A DNA stretch of 64,000 nt from Polyangiales bacterium. Its GTDB lineage: Bacteria > Myxococcota_A > Polyangia > Polyangiales > Ga0077539. The notes beneath the pieces are model-generated. The model saw only the letters and a list, made by a program, of their open reading frames with translations, made no database searches and had not been told where the DNA came from. Shown here piece by piece: positions 55,424-64,000 of the stretch. Every line of letters starts with the position of its first letter. Position 1 is the stretch's first letter. A program made the position numbers and the translations under genes. The DNA lies in the NCBI GenBank assembly GCA_044229975.1, contig JBGARZ010000010.1, forward strand, positions 288,001-352,000. Reading direction: 5' to 3'.

Positions 55424-57352
55424 TCAGAGCGTTTCGAGGTACGCGACGAGGTCGCTGATCTGCTCGGCCAGGAGGTGCGAGGTGTGGCCGTGCCGGTCGC
55501 CGCCGCCACACGCACCGAAGCGGTCGCGCAGCGTCGCGGCGCAGCCGTTGTGCAGCAGCGGGGTGCGCCACGCGACGCCGCGCAGCGACGGAACCTGAAA
55601 CGCCCCGCCCGTTCCGACATCCACCGTGACGTTGTTGGTGAGGTGCTCGCCGGCGTGGCACGTCGCGCAGCCGACGGTGGGCTCCTCGAAGACGGCCCGG
55701 CCGCGCGCGACGGCGTCCATGTCCTGCGGCGCGGCGGTCGGAATCGCGGGCTGCGTGGTGCTCCAGCGCTCCAGGGCGTCGACCTGATCGGGCCGCAGCC
55801 GGCCGCCGCTCATGCGCTGCGCGAACACCTCGGCCGCGAGGCGCTCGAAGGTCGGCATGTCGCCGTCCCAGTGGAAGGGCGCCGTGCCCACGAGGCCGCC
55901 GTGGAGGTTCTGCGTGCGGCGGGCGCCGATGGGGGAGAAGTTCCAGACGTGGGCGTCGTCGCCGCCTTCGGGGTGGCACGACGCGCAGGCCACGAAGGCG
56001 CCCGCGTTGGAGTGGAAGAGGCGGTGTCCCGTGTCCTCGCGGCCCTCGCCGCCGAACTGGATGGTCACGCCGTTTTCGACGACGAGGGTCGAGGGCTCGC
56101 GCGTCTGCACCACCGCCCGGTTGTCGGGCGTCATCGCGACCGCCACGGCCTGCCCGCTGCGCAGCGGTAGATCCGTCCCGATGGCGCAGCGACCCGCCGA
56201 GGTCTGCGCCATCGCCTCGGGCGTGAAGCTCAGCACCTGCGACGCTCCCGCCAGCAGCGAGTTGCCCGGGATCACCACCACCGCGCGCGCGCCGTCGGAC
56301 GAGAGCGCCACGTCGACCGCGAGCGCCACGCCCGACAGCGTCGGCGTCGCGACGGGCGTCCCGCTGCCGATCGCCGAGAGGGCGCCCTGCACCACGCCGG
56401 TCTGACACGTCGGTTCGCCGCCGCCGTAGCCGCCGGGGCCGATGGCGACGCTCGTGCTGAGGGCGCGCTGGTGCAACACGACCACCCCGCCCGGTGCGGC
56501 GATGGTGCGCCACGCGACGCCCGTCTGGCCGCCGATCGCGACGCTGCGCCGGACCATCGCCTCGGCGACGTTGGCGGGACGCACGCGGCGCGTGATGGTT
56601 CCGGCGGCGTTGAGGGTGAGCAGGTCTGCGCTGCGGAAGCGAGACACCACGAGGCCGTCGCCCTGCACGACGACGTCGCGCAGGTCGCGGTCGACGTACA
56701 CCCGGCGCGTCTCCGCGCCCCCGTCGGCGGGCAGGCTGACGAGCTCCCCGCCCGCGCAGGCGACGTGCAGGAGTCGGGTCGCCGGGTCGTACGCGACGCC
56801 CCGCGGGGCCGGGCACACCGCGCGCCGCGAGACGATCGCGCGCGTCGCGAGGTCGAGAGAGACCACCGCGCCGCCACGGCGCAGCGCGACGTGGACGCGA
56901 CGCGCGCCGTCTTCGACGATGCGGCCGGGCTCGTCGCCCGCTTCGAGGGCCACACAGCCGAGCGGGATGGTCGAGGTGAGGTCGCCGAAGCACACGCGGT
57001 CGCGGTCGGGGTCGGACGCCACGGCGATGCGCCCGTCGCGGGCGACGAGGAGGGTCCCGCCGCTGATGGCGGGCGGCGTCACCGCGGGGGTCTGCGTCGC
57101 GGGAACCCTCAGGCTGAAGGCGCCGACGGGGGGAGGGGCGTCCGTGGGTGGTGCCTGCTGCACGTCGCGGGTGAAGCCCGCATCGGTGCCTGCGTCGGCG
57201 CGCCGACGCGGCTCGACGCTCCCGGCGTCGGGCAACGGGAACACGATCGGGTCGTAGGGCATCAGCACGGGCGGCGGCTCGAACCAACAGCCCGCCGACA
57301 GCCCACCGAGCAACAACAGACCGCCTGCGCTGAGTTTCGACGACGGTCCCAT
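55424..57352 (-). CDS. Beta-propeller + di-heme cytochrome c (CCP/MauG-like) lipoprotein
   Basis: ACASCHPEG and GCATCHAG heme motifs, APFHWDG, VPSLRGV..PLLHNG, and an N-terminal YVTN-like propeller. Confidence 0.85.
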   Translation of the reverse strand: MGPSSKLSAGGLLLLGGLSAGCWFEPPPVLMPYDPIVFPLPDAGSVEPRRRADAGTDAGFTRDVQQAPPTDAPPPVGAFSLRVPATQTPAVTPPAISGGTLLVARDGRIAVASDPDRDRVCFGDLTSTIPLGCVALEAGDEPGRIVEDGARRVHVALRRGGAVVSLDLATRAIVSRRAVCPAPRGVAYDPATRLLHVACAGGELVSLPADGGAETRRVYVDRDLRDVVVQGDGLVVSRFRSADLLTLNAAGTITRRVRPANVAEAMVRRSVAIGGQTGVAWRTIAAPGGVVVLHQRALSTSVAIGPGGYGGGEPTCQTGVVQGALSAIGSGTPVATPTLSGVALAVDVALSSDGARAVVVIPGNSLLAGASQVLSFTPEAMAQTSAGRCAIGTDLPLRSGQAVAVAMTPDNRAVVQTREPSTLVVENGVTIQFGGEGREDTGHRLFHSNAGAFVACASCHPEGGDDAHVWNFSPIGARRTQNLHGGLVGTAPFHWDGDMPTFERLAAEVFAQRMSGGRLRPDQVDALERWSTTQPAIPTAAPQDMDAVARGRAVFEEPTVGCATCHAGEHLTNNVTVDVGTGGAFQVPSLRGVAWRTPLLHNGCAATLRDRFGACGGGDRHGHTSHLLAEQISDLVAYLETL

Positions 57353-57516
57353 GGCGTGCCCCTCTCCGGTGAATCGGTCGAGAGTAGGCACACTCTTGAA
57401 CGCCTGTCTCCACAGGGTCTCGGCGCCGCTGGTGCCGCGTTGGGCCACACGGTGATCACGCCATCGGGACGCCATCGCATTCGATCGGGAGGGTGTGCAA
57501 CAATCCAGGCTTCGCG

Positions 57517-59490
57517 ATGGGTGAAGGTGCTGGTACCGCGAGCAGGGCATCGCCTGGGGGACTCCTCACGAGCTTGCGCGCGCAGGGGCTCGCCGACGCT
57601 CCCTTCGACGCCCACACCGCGACGCGGCGGCTGCATCCGCCCGACGATCCGGCGACGCTACCGCGCGACCCGACGCTGCCAGCGCAGTCGCTGCTGAGCC
57701 CGCTCCCGCGCATCTCGATGACCGTCGGGAAGGACTTCTCGTCGGACCTCCCGGGCATGGAGACCGACGCGCCCGACCTCAACATCGTCGGGGTGCTGGG
57801 CGAAGGAGGCATGGGGACGATCCACCTCGCGCGGCAGCGTTCGTTGCAGCGAGAGGTCGCCGTGAAGGTGATCCACCGCGAGGCCGGGGTCGCCACCGCA
57901 TCGGCCGCGCTCATGGGCGAGGCGGTGCTGATGGGCTCGCTCGAACACCCCAACATCGTGCCCGTGCACGCGCTCGGTGCGGGCGACGACGGGTTACCGG
58001 TGCTCGTAATGAAGCGGATCAGCGGGGTCGCCTGGTACGAGCTGGTGCGCGACGCGTCGCACCCGTACTGGGGTCGCCTCGGGACCTTCTCCGACGACCG
58101 CCTGGTCGCGCACCTGGAGATATTGATCCAGGTCTGCAACGGCGTTCATTTCGCGCACAGCCACGGGGTGCTGCACCGGGACATCAAGCCCGAAAACGTG
58201 ATGATCGGTGAGTACGGCGAGGTCTACCTCGTCGACTGGGGCATCGCGCTGCGCCTCAACTCCGACGGCGTCGCGCACTCCGTGGGTGCGACGGTCGCGG
58301 GCACCCCGGGCTACCTCGCTCCCGAGATGATCGGCGAGGGCGACGACCCGATGGACACGCGCACGGACGTTTACCTGCTCGGCGCGACGCTCCACTGCGC
58401 GCTGACGAAGCTCCCGCGGCACAGCGGCTCGACGCTCTCGCAGGTGGTCGTGGCCGCGCTGCGATCTGATCCGTACGCGTACGGCGACGAGGTGCCCGCG
58501 GAGCTCGCGGCGATCTGCAACCGGGCGACGAGCGCGCGGCCCGCGGAGCGCTTCCCGACGGTGCTGGCCTTTCGTCAGGCGGTGTCCGACTACCTCCGGC
58601 ACCGCGCCTCGGTGGCGTTGAGCGCGTCGGCCGCGGCCCGGCTCGCGGAGGTGCGCAGCTCGCCTCTCGATACCGCGACGACCGACGACCGGCGACGCCT
58701 GCACATGCTGCTCGCCGAGTGCCGCTTCGGCTTCGCGCAGGCGCTGCGCGAGTGGCCCGAGAGCCCCGGCGCACGAGCGGGTCTGGCCGAGTGCCTGGAG
58801 CGCATGTTTGAGGTCGAGGTGCAGGGCGAAAACGAGGACGCCGCGCGGGCACTGCTCGCGGAGATCGGTGCCCGCGACGACCTCGCCGAGAAGTTGCGCG
58901 CGCTCGGTGCCCGACTCGACCAGCGGCGCTCGGCCGAGGGGCGTCTGCGGAAGCTGGAGCACGACCGCGACCTGACCGTGGGCGCGGGCGAGCGGCGGGT
59001 GTTCTTCGCGGTGGTGCTGGCGTTTGGCCTGGTGCTGGTGGCCGTTCCGCATTTCCAGCCCGGCGGCCCGAAGCAGCTCGGGCACGACGACATCATCCTC
59101 TTCGACGGCGTGGTGCTGTCCGTGCTCACGGCGATGATCCTCATCGCGCGCCGGCGGCTCCTCCAGAACGCCATCGGCTACCAGGTGGTGGGCACCTTCG
59201 TCGCCATCGCCGTCGCGTCGCTGGTCAATCGCCTCTTCGGCGCGCGCTTCGGCACGCCCATCCCCGCGGTGCTGGTGAGCGACATGCTCCTCATCGCGGT
59301 GTCGTCGGCGGTGGGCGGGATGATGTTCCACCGCGGGATGCTCTGGTGGGTGGGCTTGAGCCTGCTGGGCGCCGCGCTGGCCGCCGTGTACCCCGACGCC
59401 GCGAGCGACTTCCACGGCGGGCTCATGGTGCTGATCCTCGCGCTCGCGATGGGCCTGCGGAAGACCCGCGCGCCGACCGCTACTGGCTGA
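57517..59490 (+). CDS. Membrane-anchored Ser/Thr protein kinase
   Basis: LGEGGMG, VAVK, HPNIVPVH, HRDIKPEN, DWG and GTPGYLAPE. About 6 C-terminal TM helices. Start is uncertain. Confidence 0.93.
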   Translation: MGEGAGTASRASPGGLLTSLRAQGLADAPFDAHTATRRLHPPDDPATLPRDPTLPAQSLLSPLPRISMTVGKDFSSDLPGMETDAPDLNIVGVLGEGGMGTIHLARQRSLQREVAVKVIHREAGVATASAALMGEAVLMGSLEHPNIVPVHALGAGDDGLPVLVMKRISGVAWYELVRDASHPYWGRLGTFSDDRLVAHLEILIQVCNGVHFAHSHGVLHRDIKPENVMIGEYGEVYLVDWGIALRLNSDGVAHSVGATVAGTPGYLAPEMIGEGDDPMDTRTDVYLLGATLHCALTKLPRHSGSTLSQVVVAALRSDPYAYGDEVPAELAAICNRATSARPAERFPTVLAFRQAVSDYLRHRASVALSASAAARLAEVRSSPLDTATTDDRRRLHMLLAECRFGFAQALREWPESPGARAGLAECLERMFEVEVQGENEDAARALLAEIGARDDLAEKLRALGARLDQRRSAEGRLRKLEHDRDLTVGAGERRVFFAVVLAFGLVLVAVPHFQPGGPKQLGHDDIILFDGVVLSVLTAMILIARRRLLQNAIGYQVVGTFVAIAVASLVNRLFGARFGTPIPAVLVSDMLLIAVSSAVGGMMFHRGMLWWVGLSLLGAALAAVYPDAASDFHGGLMVLILALAMGLRKTRAPTATG

Positions 59491-59571
59491 GGACAACCGC
59501 ACGAAGACGTCCGATGACGCATCGCGGCGCTGGCCCTCGGACCCCGGTCGCACCTATCATCCGCGCCCTCC

Positions 59572-60774
59572 ATGGCCACCAAACTCGCTGACCGCCTGTC
59601 CGTCGTCGTCCCCTCTGCGACCCTCGCCATCAACGCCCGCGCGCAAGAACTCCGTGCTCGCGGCGTCGACGTCATCTCCTTCGGCGCCGGCGAGCCCGAC
59701 TTCGACACGCCCACCAACATCCGCGCGGCAGGCATTGCGGCCATCGAGGCGGGCAAGACCCGCTACACCGCCGTGTCGGGCATCGCCGACCTGCGCGCCG
59801 CCATCGCCGAGCGCTCCACCAACGAGCGCGGCGTCCCCGCGACGGCCGCCAACGTGGTCGTCACGGTGGGCGCCAAGGGCGCGCTCTTCAACCTCGCGCT
59901 CAGCCTCTTCGAGCCCGGCGACGAGGTCATCATCCCGGCCCCGTACTGGGTCAGCTACCCCGAGCAGGTGCGCCTCGTCGGGGCGACGCCGGTGTTCATC
60001 CCGAGCACCCTCGAAGCGGGGTGGAAGCTCGACCCCGCCGACCTCACGCGCGCCCTCACGCCGAAGACCAAGGCCGTCATTCTCTGTACCCCGAGCAACC
60101 CGACGGGCGCCGCGTACTCGCCCGCCGAGCTCGAAGCCATCGCCGCCGCCCTGCGCCCCCACGACTGCTGGATCGTCCTCGACGAGATCTACGGCTCCCT
60201 CGTGTACGACGGCTTCGAGCAGCGCTCGCTCGTCACCGTGGCGCCCGACCTCGCGCCCCGCGTCGTCATCATCGACGGCGTCAGCAAGACCTTCGCGATG
60301 ACCGGCTGGCGCGTCGGCTGGAGCATCGCTCCGGTCGCGCTGTCGAAGGCCATGGACATGGTGCAGTCGCAGGGCGCGACGAGCACCGCGACGCCCGCGC
60401 AGTGGGCCGCGCTCGAAGCGCTGCGCTCGCCTGCGTTGGAGTTCGAGCAGATGCGCTCGCTCTTCCAGCTCCGTCGCGATCGCCTCGTACACGGGCTGCG
60501 CGAGATTCCGGGCGTGCGGTGCGGGATGCCCGAGGGGGCGTTCTACGCGTTCTGTGACGTGAGCGGGTGGCTGGGTCGGCGGACCCCAGAGGGCGTGGTG
60601 CTCACCGACGACAACGCCGTCGCCGCGTGGCTGCTCGACAAGGCCCACGTCGCGGTGGTTCCGGGCACGGCCTTCGGCGCGCCCGGCCACATGCGTTTGT
60701 CCTACGCCGTCTCGGTCGAGAACATCGACAAGGCCCTCGCGCGCATCCGCGACGCCGTGGCAGCGCTGGAATGA
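59572..60774 (+). CDS. aspC: PLP-dependent class I/II aminotransferase (aspartate aminotransferase-like)
   Basis: GAGEPDFDTP, PAPYWVSY, PSNPTG, DEIY and SKTFAMTGWRVG. Confidence 0.92.
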   Translation: MATKLADRLSVVVPSATLAINARAQELRARGVDVISFGAGEPDFDTPTNIRAAGIAAIEAGKTRYTAVSGIADLRAAIAERSTNERGVPATAANVVVTVGAKGALFNLALSLFEPGDEVIIPAPYWVSYPEQVRLVGATPVFIPSTLEAGWKLDPADLTRALTPKTKAVILCTPSNPTGAAYSPAELEAIAAALRPHDCWIVLDEIYGSLVYDGFEQRSLVTVAPDLAPRVVIIDGVSKTFAMTGWRVGWSIAPVALSKAMDMVQSQGATSTATPAQWAALEALRSPALEFEQMRSLFQLRRDRLVHGLREIPGVRCGMPEGAFYAFCDVSGWLGRRTPEGVVLTDDNAVAAWLLDKAHVAVVPGTAFGAPGHMRLSYAVSVENIDKALARIRDAVAALE

Positions 60775-61634
60775 CCCCGCGCCCGCTCGTCGCCGCGCTC
60801 GCCCTCTCGCTCGTCGCGTGCCGTCGCGCGCCCACGCCGCCCGCACCTCCAGCGCCCCCATCCGCGCCCGCGGTCCGCGCTCCGGGCGCTACGCCCGAAG
60901 CGCCCATCTACCGCGTCGACCCCTCCGTCCTCGACCACCCCGGCCTCCTCCAGGGCACCGTCCGCTGGAACGGTCCGCCCCCCGTCGTCGCCCCCACGCC
61001 CGTCGCCGCGAGCGGCAACCCCGACCACTGCGGCGCCACCCAGATCGACCCCACCCTGGTGGTCGGCGCCGACCGTGGTGTGGCCAACGCCGTCGTGTGG
61101 CTCGCCGACATCGCGCGCGGCGGTGCGCCCGATCTCTCTCCGGTCTCCATCGATCAGCGCGACTGTCGCTACGACCCGCACGTCCTCGCGCTCCCCATCG
61201 GCGCCGAGCTGCGCTTCGGCAACAGCGACCATGGGCTGCTGCACAACGTTCACGCCTATTACGGGTATGACGACGACGACAACTGGTTCAACCAGGCGTC
61301 GCCGCATGGGATGTCCGTCGCGCGACGGGTGCTGCGCTCGGGCGTCGCGCGCATCATCTGCGACGCCGGCCACACCTGGATGCTGGCCTACGTCCACGCC
61401 TTCACGCACCCGTACTTCGCCGTCACCGACCAAGCGGGGCACTACACCCTGAGGGCCGTTCCGCCGGGGCACTACACCCTGCGCTTCTGGCACGAGGGAT
61501 GGACCCACCGCGCCATGGAGGGGACGCGCCCCCGCTTCTCTCCGCCCGTCGAGACGTCGCGTGCCGTCGACGTCGCGGCAGGCGCGGCCGTCACCGCGGA
61601 CTTCACCCTCGGCCCCAACGCTGAAGTGCGCTGA
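60771..61634 (+). CDS. Lipoprotein with cupredoxin-like/carboxypeptidase-regulatory-like domain
   Basis: GVANAVVWL, IDQRDCRYDPHV, NSD..LHNVH, CDAGHTWM and HPYFAVTD..G..VPPG.Y....WHE. Confidence 0.8.
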   Translation: MTPRPLVAALALSLVACRRAPTPPAPPAPPSAPAVRAPGATPEAPIYRVDPSVLDHPGLLQGTVRWNGPPPVVAPTPVAASGNPDHCGATQIDPTLVVGADRGVANAVVWLADIARGGAPDLSPVSIDQRDCRYDPHVLALPIGAELRFGNSDHGLLHNVHAYYGYDDDDNWFNQASPHGMSVARRVLRSGVARIICDAGHTWMLAYVHAFTHPYFAVTDQAGHYTLRAVPPGHYTLRFWHEGWTHRAMEGTRPRFSPPVETSRAVDVAAGAAVTADFTLGPNAEVR

Positions 61635-61640
61635 CGCGAC

Positions 61641-63809
61641 TCACATCGCGCTGGTGCGCGTGATGTCCGAGGCGCCGCTCGGGCCGTTGGGCGCGCCGTT
61701 GCCACCCAATCCACCGGGGCCGCCGCCCGCGCGCATGCAGCTGATCGGCCCCACCGTCGCGGCCGTGCCCACCGAGTAGACGCACACCGCCGGGCCGCCC
61801 GCGCCGCCGCCGCCGCCGCCGCCGTTGCCGCCGTTGCCGCCCCGCGCGCCCGCCGCGCCGTTGCCCGCCGTGCGCGTTCGGAAGCCACCCGGACCGCCCG
61901 CGCCGCCCGGACCGCCCGTGCCGCCCGCGCCGCCTGAGCCGCCCGCGCCGCCGCGACCGGTGATCAACACGCTCTCGTCGATGCGCACCGTCGACGCGAT
62001 GCTCAGCACCGCGATGCTCGCGCCGCCCGAACCACCGCCGGTGCCGCCGGTGCCGCTGCACCCGCCGCCGCCGCCGCCGCCGCCCGCGCCGCTCCGCCCG
62101 TCGCTGCAACCCGCGATGCAGATGCCGCCGGACTCGTCGCCGCCGCCGCTGCCGCCGCCGCCGCCGCCACCGCCACCGCCGCTGCCGTCCATGCCCGCGC
62201 CCGCCGTCGCAGGGACGTAGGTGCCGTCGTCGGTGCGGAACGTTCCGATCATCGCGGCGGGCATCCCGTGCGCTCCGACGGCGCCGGCCGTCCCCTCGCG
62301 CGCGTCAGGCGGCGCGTTGCGCCCTTCGGTCGACGAGCAGCACCCTCCGCCGCGCGCGCCCAGGCTCCCGCCCGTCCCGAATCCTCCGGTGGCGTTCTGC
62401 CCATCGCTGCCGCGGATGCCGTCGCGTCGACCGACCACCCCGGGACCACCGCCGCCGCCCGCGCCGCCGCACATCGACGCGCCCGGCGCGCCCGGCGTGG
62501 TGCCCGACGCGCCGCCGCCCACACCGCCGGGCATCCCCTCGACGCCCGACGTCCCGGCGCTGCCGTTGCCGCCGTTGCCCACGGTGATCGCGCAGCGGTT
62601 GAGCCGCACCTGACCCGACGAGCCGAGCACCCGCACCCCGAACGAACTATCCCCCGGGCGCATCGCCGCCGCGGAGCGGATGAGCACCATCTGGAGTTCC
62701 ATGTTGGAGGTCACGCCGCGCACCACGAGGCCCGTGGACTCGGTGTCGAGCACCGTCGCGCTGTCCCGCGTCCGGGTCCAGCCGCGCGCGTCGTCGAAGC
62801 CGCCGTACACGCTCACCGCCGTGGTGATCACCACCGTCTCGGCGTACACCCCCACCGCCGCGTAGACCGACTTCGCCGGCGTCGCCGCCGCCGCTGCCGC
62901 CACGGCCGCGCCGAGCGTGCGCAGCGGTCGCGCCATGGTCCCGTCGCCCATGTCCGACCCGCGCGGCGACACGAACACCGCCCGCGCCGCGTCACCGTCC
63001 ACCCCGTCGCAGTTGGTGTCCTCGAACATCACGTCGGGGAAGTCGAGCACCGTCGGGCTGCACTCACACCCCGTCGCCGGTGACCCGTCGACGTCGACGA
63101 AGCCCGCCTCGCAGGTGTACCCGCACGTCCCGCTCGAACACGTCGCCGTCTGGTGCGGCCCGCGCGCGCAGGGCATCCCGCACGTCCCGCAGTTGTTGGG
63201 GTCGCTGCTGAGGTCAGCCGGGCCGTGCGCGCACGTCGGCATCGTCCCGCTCGTGGCGCAGGTGTCGACGGTGCATGGGTCGACGTCGTCGCAGTCGAAG
63301 GGCCGCGCCCGCGCGCATCGCATCTGCGCCGTGTCGCAGGTCCACGTCCCGGTGCACGCGTCGCCCGTCAGCGCCGCGCACTCCGCGTCCATCGTGCACG
63401 GCACGATGTCGACGCATCCGCCCGCCCCCGAGCAGTACCGCCCCGCCCCGCAGCGCCCGTCGTCGGCCGTGTGCGTACAACGGCCTCCCTCCGCGTCGCA
63501 GGTGTCGTTGGTGCAGTCGACGCCGTCGTCACAGCCGGCCGCGCCGCCCACCACGACGCAGCGGTTGGCTCGGCACGCCTGCGCGTTGGTGCAGAGGTCG
63601 GGCCCCGTGCAGTCGTCGAGCGTGCGGCACACCCGCGCCTGCATGCCCGCGTCGGGGTCGGTGCTCGCGTCGGGGTCGGTGGCCGCGTCCTTCTTCTTGA
63701 AGATCCCGCCGTCGCCCGACCCGTTGGGGTCGATCACGTCCGATCCCGTCGCGCAGGCCGTCGCCAACACACAGAGGCCAAGCCACCAACGCGCCGTCCG
63801 GATCCGCAT
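61641..63809 (-). CDS. Cys-rich + DUF1565-like + Gly-rich secreted lipoprotein
   Basis: Lipobox LATAC, CDDG..CT.D.C repeats, DTNCDGVDG, VFVSPRGSD.GDGT..RPLRT, and a long GGxGG tail. Confidence 0.8.
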   Translation of the reverse strand: MRIRTARWWLGLCVLATACATGSDVIDPNGSGDGGIFKKKDAATDPDASTDPDAGMQARVCRTLDDCTGPDLCTNAQACRANRCVVVGGAAGCDDGVDCTNDTCDAEGGRCTHTADDGRCGAGRYCSGAGGCVDIVPCTMDAECAALTGDACTGTWTCDTAQMRCARARPFDCDDVDPCTVDTCATSGTMPTCAHGPADLSSDPNNCGTCGMPCARGPHQTATCSSGTCGYTCEAGFVDVDGSPATGCECSPTVLDFPDVMFEDTNCDGVDGDAARAVFVSPRGSDMGDGTMARPLRTLGAAVAAAAAATPAKSVYAAVGVYAETVVITTAVSVYGGFDDARGWTRTRDSATVLDTESTGLVVRGVTSNMELQMVLIRSAAAMRPGDSSFGVRVLGSSGQVRLNRCAITVGNGGNGSAGTSGVEGMPGGVGGGASGTTPGAPGASMCGGAGGGGGPGVVGRRDGIRGSDGQNATGGFGTGGSLGARGGGCCSSTEGRNAPPDAREGTAGAVGAHGMPAAMIGTFRTDDGTYVPATAGAGMDGSGGGGGGGGGGSGGGDESGGICIAGCSDGRSGAGGGGGGGGCSGTGGTGGGSGGASIAVLSIASTVRIDESVLITGRGGAGGSGGAGGTGGPGGAGGPGGFRTRTAGNGAAGARGGNGGNGGGGGGGAGGPAVCVYSVGTAATVGPISCMRAGGGPGGLGGNGAPNGPSGASDITRTSAM

Positions 63810-63869
63810 GGCGCGAGGGTGCCCTTGCGTCGCCGCGCAGATCAAGACCCGTGACACACCGTCCGCGCT

Positions 63870-64000
63870 TCAGGTCTGCGGTTCGGCCGCGCCGCGGACG
63901 GGCGCCTTCGGCGGGCGAACCCGCGACCCGTCGAGCACGAAGAGGTCGCGGGCGTCGTCGTAGAAGTCGCGCCGGGCCACCGTCGACTCGCGCCCGGTGC
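63870..64000 (-). CDS. 3' end of an unidentified gene entering from beyond the window
   Basis: Open frame ..TGRESTVARRDFYDDARDLFVLDGSRVRPPKAPVRGAAEPQT* with GC3-rich codons. Confidence 0.45.
   Translation of the reverse strand, partial: TGRESTVARRDFYDDARDLFVLDGSRVRPPKAPVRGAAEPQT

Noticed and set aside
61780..62600. GCC/GGC tandem runs as a repeat array or mycobacterial PE-PGRS gene
   Set aside because: These are simply Gly codons of a secreted protein, and there is no PE domain.
1..64000. CRISPR arrays, tRNA/rRNA genes, integrases or transposases
   Set aside because: No regularly spaced repeat-spacer array, cloverleaf or recombinase/transposase motif recognised. All tandem repeats found are coding.

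Overview
A very GC-rich bacterial window. Its gene content (Cys-rich lipoproteins, VWA/CglB-like adhesins, eukaryotic-like Ser/Thr kinases) suggests a myxobacterium, probably Polyangiales-like; this is inference. Housekeeping genes are fmt, def, apaG, manC-algC-ROK kinase, sppA, a Cof-type HAD hydrolase and a class I aminotransferase. These are interspersed with many secreted or lipoprotein genes. The most notable observations are: (1) an AT-richer two-gene island at 50.7-53.4 kb encoding a SAM-methyltransferase-fold protein translationally coupled to a non-retron, non-intron reverse transcriptase (YVDD); (2) a Tat-exported small protein with three TDSD-G cores directly upstream of a JmjC/cupin-4 hydroxylase, resembling a RiPP pair, at the end of a DUF4331/TPR/HupE-UreJ cluster; (3) an ABC-type ATPase with an AbrB-like tail coupled to a PIN-like protein, plus a second ATPase/TOPRIM-like pair; (4) a 179-bp MITE with 31-bp perfect TIRs and a CAA target duplication that interrupts a Cys-rich surface-protein gene, next to a divergent gene broken by a 1-nt frameshift; (5) a candidate sigma54-driven structured sRNA; (6) recurrent TAnnnT boxes just upstream of start codons, suggesting leaderless mRNAs. 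No rRNA, tRNA or CRISPR array was seen. All family assignments come from motif recognition by eye, and no searches were run.
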